From Rickettsiales bacterium (GTDB lineage Bacteria > Pseudomonadota > Alphaproteobacteria > Rickettsiales > SXRF01): a stretch of DNA of 64,000 nucleotides. The position numbers were made by a program, and so were the translations under genes. Each line of letters opens with the position of its first letter. Within the stretch, counting starts at the first letter, position 1. Below, in pieces: positions 58,245 through 64,000 of this stretch. The notes beneath the pieces were generated by a model. The model had not been told where the DNA came from. It did no database searches and was given only the letters and a program-made list of their open reading frames with translations. The DNA lies in contig JANRLL010000014.1 in assembly GCA_033762715.1 (NCBI GenBank), forward strand, positions 11,626 through 75,625, given 5' to 3'.

Positions 58245-60641
58245 ATGAAGTTTACTCTCTCCTGGTTGCATGAACACCTCTATACCAGTGCATCGCTAGA
58301 CCAGATTAGCAAAACCCTGACTGCCATCGGCTTGGAAGTCGAATCAGTAAGCAATCCGGCTGAGTCGCTTAAAGCCTTCACGGTCGCAAAAATTCTCTCG
58401 GCCGACAAACATCCGGAAGCAGATAAACTGCGCGTCTGTAAAGTGCAAAGCGATGCGGGTGAATTGCAAATCGTCTGTGGCGCACCGAACGCGCGTGCTG
58501 GTATTTTTGTCGCACTTGCCAAAGAAGGTGCGCATATTCCTGGCAACGGTATGGTCATAAAAAAAACCAAAATCCGCGGCGTTGAAAGCTGCGGCATGTT
58601 ATGCTCGGCCGATGAGCTTGCGCTTGGCGGCGACTCCGCCGGCATTATCGAATTGCCGGAAGCGCCCATCGGTGCACCGATTGCCGATGTGCTAGGCCTT
58701 AACGATCCGGTGATTGAAATCGCTATTACTCCGAACCGCGCCGATTGTTTGGGCGTACGCGGCATTGCGCGTGATTTAGCGGCAGCCAAACTGGGCACGC
58801 TAAAACCACTGCCCGACACGTCTGCCATCAAAGGCAGCTTCATCTCGCCGATCAATGTCAGCATTCAAGACGACAAAAAATGCCCGCAATTTATTGGCGC
58901 CTATATTAAAGGCGTGAAAAACGGCGAAAGCCCTACCTGGCTCAAGCAGCGCCTGGAAGCGATCGGGCAGAAATCCATTTCTACCTTGGTCGATATCACC
59001 AACTACATCACTTTCGATCTAGGCCGTCCGCTGCACGTATTTGACGCGCGAAAAGTAAGCGGCAATATCACCGTACGCGATGCCAAAGAGGGCGAAAGTT
59101 TCAAAGCGCTTAACGGCAAAGATTATGTACTGAAAGCCGGCATGACGGTCGTTGCCGATGAACAGGCTGCTCTGGGTTTAGGCGGTGTCATGGGCGGTGA
59201 ATCCACCGGCTGCCTGCCCGATACTACCGATGTATTTTTAGAAGTAGCGTTGTTTGATCCCACGCATATCGCGCAAACAGGCCGCACGCTGCAAATAGAT
59301 TCCGATGCGCGCTACCGTTTTGAGCGCGGTATCGATGTCCATTTCGTGGAAACGGGTGCGCTGCTTGCCATTCGCCTGATTCGCGAGCTTTGCGGCGGTG
59401 ACGTCAGCAATCTGGTAATCACCGGCAAAACGCCAGTGTGGCAGCGCAATTTTGATCTCACAGCTGCACGCATCGCATCATTAGGCGGAGTAACTTTAGC
59501 GACCGCCGAAGTGGCGCGTATTTTCACTGCGCTCGGTTTTTCTCATACTGCAACCGCCAGTGGCTGGGAAGTAGCACCGCCATCTTGGCGCGCGGATATT
59601 GACGGTGAAGCCGATCTGATTGAAGAACTGCTGCGTATCCATGGCTATGAACATATTCCAGCCACGCCGCTGCCAAAACCAGCAAGCTTTACCAAAACGG
59701 CCCTGACCTTGGCGCAAAAGCGTGTGCATCTGGCGAAGCGTGGGTTAGCCGCACGCGGATTTTTAGAAACCTGTAGCTGGTCCTTCTTATCAGAAAAAAA
59801 CGCGGCCTTATTTGGCGGCACCAACCCTGCGCTCAAACTACTCAACCCGATTGCAGCTGACTTAAGCGTGATGCGCCCAAGCTTGCTTCCCAACTTGCTG
59901 GATGCTGCCAGCAAAAACGCCAATCGCGGTGTTAAAGACATCAATCTCTGTGAGGTCGGCCTGCAATTTCATGACATCACGCCCGATGGCCAGAAGATGG
60001 TGGCGTGCGGCATTCGAAGCGGCGCGCAAAGCGGTTTCGCCCACAGCAAAGGCAATATGAAACAGGATGTGCGCAGCGTCGATGCGTTCGATGCTAAGGC
60101 CGATGCGCTCGCTGTGCTTATGAGCCTAGGCCTTGCCAAAGCCGACATCACCACGCAAGTGCCTAGCTATTATCACCCAGGCCGCAGCAGCGCGCTCACG
60201 CTCGGTGGCAAAATTATCCTTGGCTATTTCGGTGAATTGCATCCTGCGATCGTTCAACAATTTGGTTTAGAACAAGTCGTGGGCTTTGAGCTTTTCTTAG
60301 AAGCGATCCCCGCGCCACGCGCCAAAGGTAAAGCAAAGCCCACCCTCAAACTTTCGGATTACCAAGCGGTCGAGCGCGATTTTGCCTTTATCGTCGATGA
60401 AAAAGTAAGCGCTGCCGACATTATTAAAACCATCAATGCTGCTGAGAAAAACCTGATCACGAGTGTTGAGCTGTTTGACGTATATAGCGGTAAAGGCGTC
60501 GATGACGGCAAAAAATCAGTGGCGATTAAAGTAACGCTGCAATCCTTTGAACGCACGCTGACCGATGCCGACATCACCACCGTATCGCAAGCCATTATCG
60601 CTGCTGCGGCTAAAGGTTTCGCAGGAGTGCTGCGCGGATGA
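58245..60641 (+). CDS. pheT: phenylalanyl-tRNA synthetase beta subunit
   Basis: 798 aa. It starts MKFTLSWLHEHL and has a tRNA-binding OB domain (HPEADKLRVCKVQ), the B3/4 and B5 domains, and a C-terminal FDX-ACB domain. Confidence 0.96.
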   Translation: MKFTLSWLHEHLYTSASLDQISKTLTAIGLEVESVSNPAESLKAFTVAKILSADKHPEADKLRVCKVQSDAGELQIVCGAPNARAGIFVALAKEGAHIPGNGMVIKKTKIRGVESCGMLCSADELALGGDSAGIIELPEAPIGAPIADVLGLNDPVIEIAITPNRADCLGVRGIARDLAAAKLGTLKPLPDTSAIKGSFISPINVSIQDDKKCPQFIGAYIKGVKNGESPTWLKQRLEAIGQKSISTLVDITNYITFDLGRPLHVFDARKVSGNITVRDAKEGESFKALNGKDYVLKAGMTVVADEQAALGLGGVMGGESTGCLPDTTDVFLEVALFDPTHIAQTGRTLQIDSDARYRFERGIDVHFVETGALLAIRLIRELCGGDVSNLVITGKTPVWQRNFDLTAARIASLGGVTLATAEVARIFTALGFSHTATASGWEVAPPSWRADIDGEADLIEELLRIHGYEHIPATPLPKPASFTKTALTLAQKRVHLAKRGLAARGFLETCSWSFLSEKNAALFGGTNPALKLLNPIAADLSVMRPSLLPNLLDAASKNANRGVKDINLCEVGLQFHDITPDGQKMVACGIRSGAQSGFAHSKGNMKQDVRSVDAFDAKADALAVLMSLGLAKADITTQVPSYYHPGRSSALTLGGKIILGYFGELHPAIVQQFGLEQVVGFELFLEAIPAPRAKGKAKPTLKLSDYQAVERDFAFIVDEKVSAADIIKTINAAEKNLITSVELFDVYSGKGVDDGKKSVAIKVTLQSFERTLTDADITTVSQAIIAAAAKGFAGVLRG

Positions 60642-61258
60642 GCACGCCCGATTACTGGCACGAGGCAAAAGCGCATCTATCCAAAAAAGACAAAAAACTC
60701 GCCAAAATTATCGCCGGTTATGAAGGCGAAATGATGGTGCGCAAGGGTGATGCGTTTTATACGCTGGCTCGCGCCATCGCCGGACAACAAATCTCGGTCA
60801 AAGCCGCAGACAGCATCTGGAAGCGCGTGGAAGCCGCACTTGGCAAAGTGACACCCGAAAACGCGATCAAATGCAAAGCAGAAAAGCTGCGTGCTTGCGG
60901 GTTTTCAGCCAGTAAAGTGGTCTATCTGCATGCGCTCGCCCAGCATTTCATTGACAACAAAGCGCTGATCAAGAAATGGCCAAAGCTGAGCGATGACGAG
61001 ATTATCCGCGAGCTCACCTCGATTAAAGGCATTGGCCGCTGGACGGCCGAGATGTTCCTGATTTTCCATCTGGGCCGCCCAAACATATTGCCATTAGGAG
61101 ATTTGGGGCTGCTTAAGGCTATTTATCGCCATTATAATAAGAGCGAGAAAATGAGCCTAGCCGAGGTGCGCAAGCTTGCCGAAAAATGGCACCCCTATCA
61201 TTCCGTTGCCACCTGGTATTTATGGCGTTCGCTTGACCCATTGCCGGTTGCATATTAA
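60638..61258 (+). CDS. DNA-3-methyladenine glycosylase II-like HhH-GPD base-excision enzyme
   Basis: 206 aa with an HhH-GPD core (LTSIKGIGRWTAEMFLIFHLGRPNILPLGDLGL). Its start overlaps the pheT stop (ATGA). Confidence 0.8.
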   Translation: MSTPDYWHEAKAHLSKKDKKLAKIIAGYEGEMMVRKGDAFYTLARAIAGQQISVKAADSIWKRVEAALGKVTPENAIKCKAEKLRACGFSASKVVYLHALAQHFIDNKALIKKWPKLSDDEIIRELTSIKGIGRWTAEMFLIFHLGRPNILPLGDLGLLKAIYRHYNKSEKMSLAEVRKLAEKWHPYHSVATWYLWRSLDPLPVAY

Positions 61259-61300
61259 AAGTCATGCAAGACAACCATTGACCGTAGAAAAGAGCTTATA

Positions 61301-62596
61301 ATGATCCCACGCTATTCCCGCCCTGAAATGGTTTCCATCTGGACTGACGAGACCAAATATCAAATCTGGTTTGAGATCGAAGCCCATGCGTGCGATGCGC
61401 TGGCTAAGCTTAAAGTAATACCTGAAAAAGCAGCGGCAACCATATGGAAAAAAGGCAAGTTTGATGTAAAGCGCATTGATGAAATCGAGCGCGTCACCAA
61501 GCATGATGTGATCGCCTTTTTGACCAATGTCGCTGAATATGTCGGCCCCGAAGCCCGCTTCCTGCACCAGGGTATGACCAGCTCGGATGTGCTCGATACA
61601 TGCCTTGCCGTACAGCTCACCCGCGCCACCGATATTTTGCTCAAAGATTTGGACTTGCTGCTGGCTGCGATTAAAAAACGCGCGCTGGAAACCAAAAACG
61701 TACCGACTGTTGGCCGCAGTCACGGCATCCATGCCGAACCCGTCACCTTTGGTCTGAAACTCGCAGGCTATTATGCTGAGTTCGAGCGTTGCAAAGAGCG
61801 CCTTAAGCTCGCGCGCAAAGAAATCGCCACCTGCGCCATCTCCGGTGCGGTAGGCACATTTGCCAATATCGACCCGCGCGTGGAAGAATATGTGGCAAAA
61901 AAAATGGGGCTGATTGCCGAGCCGGTTTCGACCCAAGTGATTCCGCGCGATCGCCATGCTATGTATTTTGCCACCCTTGGCGTGATCGCCAGCTCGATGG
62001 AGCGCCTGGCGGTGGAAGTGCGTCATTTACAGCGCACCGAAGTATTAGAAGCGGAAGAATATTTCTCACCTGGTCAAAAAGGCAGCTCGGCCATGCCGCA
62101 TAAGCGCAATCCGGTGCTGTCTGAAAACGTGACTGGCCTGGCGCGTTTGGTGCGCGGCTATGTGACACCGGCGCTCGAAAACGTGGCGCTGTGGCATGAG
62201 CGTGACATTTCGCATTCGTCGGTTGAACGCATGATCGGCCCTGATGCGACCGTGACGCTCGATTTCGCGCTGGTGCGCTTGGCAGGCCTGATCGACAAGC
62301 TCGTCATCTATCCAGAGCGCATGCAAGCCAATTTAGATAAGCTCGGTGGCCTGGTGTTTTCGCAGCGCGTGTTGCTTGCCCTCACCCAAGCGGGTGTTAG
62401 CCGTGAGGATTCCTATAAGCTGGTGCAGCGCAATGCGATGAAAGTATGGGAGCAAGGCAAAGACTTTTTCACCGAGCTTTCCAAAGACAAAGACGTCACC
62501 GCCAAGCTGAAGCCAGCGGAACTGAAAAAACTATTCGATGTGAAATACCATACCAAGCATGTCGACACTGTTTTCAAACGCGTATTTGGAAAATAA
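61301..62596 (+). CDS. purB: adenylosuccinate lyase
   Basis: 431 aa. MIPRYSRPEM..., the fumarate-lyase signature GSSAMPHKRNP and a C-terminal ADSL_C region are present. Confidence 0.96.
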   Translation: MIPRYSRPEMVSIWTDETKYQIWFEIEAHACDALAKLKVIPEKAAATIWKKGKFDVKRIDEIERVTKHDVIAFLTNVAEYVGPEARFLHQGMTSSDVLDTCLAVQLTRATDILLKDLDLLLAAIKKRALETKNVPTVGRSHGIHAEPVTFGLKLAGYYAEFERCKERLKLARKEIATCAISGAVGTFANIDPRVEEYVAKKMGLIAEPVSTQVIPRDRHAMYFATLGVIASSMERLAVEVRHLQRTEVLEAEEYFSPGQKGSSAMPHKRNPVLSENVTGLARLVRGYVTPALENVALWHERDISHSSVERMIGPDATVTLDFALVRLAGLIDKLVIYPERMQANLDKLGGLVFSQRVLLALTQAGVSREDSYKLVQRNAMKVWEQGKDFFTELSKDKDVTAKLKPAELKKLFDVKYHTKHVDTVFKRVFGK

Positions 62597-63021
62597 TGTC
62601 GTTCACGCTTCACCTGCAACTCGCTGCCGACACCATCCCACTAGGTGATTTGCCACACTGCCGCGTGCTACTGATGAATAATGCGAATTTTCCTTGGCTG
62701 ATTCTGGTGCCGCGTCGTGATGGTTTGCGTGAGCTATTCGATTTGGGCACCGATTATGATGCGGTGATGCAAGAAGTAAAACAGGTTAGCGAGCAATTTG
62801 CGGCCTATACCAAAGCCGATAAAATAAACGTCGCCGCATTGGGCAATATGGTGCCGCAATTACATATTCATATTATCGCTCGTTTTAAGGGTGATGCCGC
62901 CTGGCCTAACCCAGTATGGAATAGCGGAATCGACCCTCTACAATACAGCTCGCAACAGGCACAGTCTCTCATCCAGAAAATGTTATCCACAGCTGACTTT
63001 GGCAACATTACAAATTTGTAA
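62596..63021 (+). CDS. HIT family hydrolase
   Basis: The histidine triad is VPQLHIHIIARF. The start is set to ATG 62596-62598 (MSFTLHL), overlapping the purB stop (TAATG). The ORF extension to 62446 lies inside purB and is rejected. Confidence 0.85.
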   Translation: MSFTLHLQLAADTIPLGDLPHCRVLLMNNANFPWLILVPRRDGLRELFDLGTDYDAVMQEVKQVSEQFAAYTKADKINVAALGNMVPQLHIHIIARFKGDAAWPNPVWNSGIDPLQYSSQQAQSLIQKMLSTADFGNITNL

Positions 63022-63118
63022 TACTTCTGTCATTGCGGCCTCATATTGAGGGTGATAATCCTCAATGCATCCTTCAAACAAGGATATTTTTTCAACTTCT
63101 TTTCAAAGGATTTATCCC

Positions 63119-63304
63119 ATGAACAAGACCCTCGCTCTCCTCGCTGCTACCGTTGCTGTAGCATTCGCTGCTCCTTCTTTCGCTAACGAAGCTGCTGCTC
63201 CTGCTGCTGCTCCTGCTGCTAAAAAAGAAGAAGCTAAAAAAGAAGAAGCTGCTAAAGCTGCTCCTGCTGCTGGCGAAGCTAAAAAAGCTGAAGAAAAGAA
63301 ATAA
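63119..63304 (+). CDS. small secreted Ala/Lys/Glu-rich low-complexity protein (61 aa)
   Basis: ATG at 63119 with an AAAGGA SD 8 nt upstream. The signal peptide is MNKTLALLAATVAVAFAAPSFA|NE, and the mature part is AAAPAAAPAAKKEEAKKEEAAKAAPAAGEAKKAEEKK. Codon choice is extremely biased (GCT/GAA/AAA). A strong terminator follows. Confidence 0.7.
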   Translation: MNKTLALLAATVAVAFAAPSFANEAAAPAAAPAAKKEEAKKEEAAKAAPAAGEAKKAEEKK

Positions 63305-63330
63305 TATTTCTTTCTTAGAGTTTTCTAATA

Positions 63331-63362
63331 AAAACGCGCTGGCTATGGTCAGCGCGTTTTTT
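63331..63362 (+). terminator. rho-independent terminator
   Basis: The sequence is aaaACGCGCTGgctatggtCAGCGCGTtttttt, an 8-bp GC-rich stem followed by a T-run. Confidence 0.8.
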
Positions 63363-63433
63363 ATTGTCTTGGACATGCGAATCGGGTTGGCCTGGGCGGC
63401 GATGAGCAGGCCCTGAATGTGAACGGGCGAAAC

Positions 63434-63859
63434 TTACTGTTTTTTCCTGGCTAAAAGATAGCCGATGAATAATAGTGTTGCCACTACGATGGCAAACTGC
63501 ATCAACTCATAAACGGATGATTGGTAATAGCGGCAGAAGGTAAAGCCCTCGTTCCACCCACTCCGATAATGGTCTTTGTCCAAACCAGCTGTTGATTTCC
63601 CTGCCGTTGCAGATGCTTTTTCTCCAGGCGCCGCCGGAAACTCTATTTCTTTCACAAAAGGTTTTTCCAACAAAGGCGCGTAAAGAAGCGACCAGGAATT
63701 GGTTCCACTAATGCAGCCATCCTCCCATCCTTTTACGTAGTAGGTGCTCTGGGTGCTTGCGGGTTTATGCGTTAACCATAGCCCTGGGCGAAAAGTGAGG
63801 GTTGCAGCTGAAATACATACAACGACTATGACATAAATTGCTTTTTTCTTATCAACCAT
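63434..63859 (-). CDS. two-TM hypothetical membrane protein (141 aa) with a duplicated Y-x-x-G-W-x-[DE]-G motif
   Basis: ATG start with a GGAGGGA SD. There are N-terminal (IYVIVVVCISAATLTF) and C-terminal (FAIVVATLLFIGYLLA) TM segments. The central region contains YVKGWEDGC and YRSGWNEGF. Confidence 0.6.
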   Translation of the reverse strand: MVDKKKAIYVIVVVCISAATLTFRPGLWLTHKPASTQSTYYVKGWEDGCISGTNSWSLLYAPLLEKPFVKEIEFPAAPGEKASATAGKSTAGLDKDHYRSGWNEGFTFCRYYQSSVYELMQFAIVVATLLFIGYLLARKKQ

Positions 63860-63898
63860 GGAACTCCCTCCAGAACCTTATATGCAACAACAGCATCC

Positions 63899-64000
63899 TT
63901 AACAGTTTTGCGGACAATCAGGGTTACACTCTATACCACACTCTGCAGCGGGAACTTTTGGGGCCATAAGCGCCACCATCATAATAAAAATTGCTGCTAA
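63899..64000 (-). CDS. small secreted Cys-rich peptide, 3' part (the gene probably starts beyond the window edge)
   Basis: The minus-strand frame is open from the window edge: LAAIFIMMVALMAPKVPAA|ECGIECNPDCPQNC*, with TAA at 63899-63901. A hydrophobic signal-like stretch is followed by a 14-aa tail with four Cys at exact 4-residue spacing. It ends 39 nt upstream of the next gene. Confidence 0.4.
   Translation of the reverse strand, partial: LAAIFIMMVALMAPKVPAAECGIECNPDCPQNC

Noticed and set aside
1-64000. A search for CRISPR arrays, IS elements or transposases, integrases, prophage genes, rRNA, tmRNA, restriction-modification systems or toxin-antitoxin pairs.
   Set aside because: I found no regularly spaced direct repeats and no transposase, integrase or phage-like ORFs. 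No tmRNA-like alanine acceptor (G3:U70) with a tag ORF is present. The window is chromosomal backbone with small lineage-specific inserts rather than a classical mobile island.

Overview
This is a densely coding stretch of an alphaproteobacterial chromosome, roughly 50% GC by eye. No CRISPR array, rRNA, transposase or integrase is visible. The backbone is housekeeping: pabB-like, motA, dnaE, lolD-lolC, proS, DUF1467-like, mce, rnj, coaX, birA, the 14-gene nuoA-N operon (minus strand), tRNA-Asp, tRNA-Val, hup, clpX, clpP, tig, tRNA-Leu, lon, purU, a DivL-type kinase, ahcY, dxs, argF-argD, rpmI-rplT-pheS-pheT, purB and a HIT protein. From memory, the order nuoN-birA-coaX-rnj-mce-DUF1467-proS-lolCD-dnaE is the usual alphaproteobacterial arrangement. 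Several lineage-specific pieces stand out against this backbone. (1) A four-gene plus-strand operon (10737-13411) sits between mce and rnj in the opposite orientation. It encodes paralogous Gly/Ala-rich 'bilobed hydrophobic' membrane proteins with coiled-coil, Pro-rich and Q/N-rich tails, and I recognise no family for them. This is my best candidate for an undescribed system. A fifth protein with the same hairpin architecture lies at 48734-49129. (2) The nuo operon is interrupted five times by tightly packed or overlapping non-nuo genes: a histidine phosphatase, a GNAT, a secreted protein, a PH-like protein and a DedA protein. (3) lon is missing from the canonical tig-clpP-clpX-lon-hup string. 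It lies inverted about 5 kb away, next to tRNA-Leu(TAG) and a decayed tRNA-Leu-like copy that shares an identical 27-nt 3' end. (4) Two CsoR/RcnR-type operator-like palindromes lie upstream of an unannotated 59-aa lipoprotein ORF. (5) At the right edge there is a small secreted peptide ending in CxxxCxxxCxxxC, followed by a two-TM protein. All functional calls come from motif recognition by eye. No searches or computations were run.
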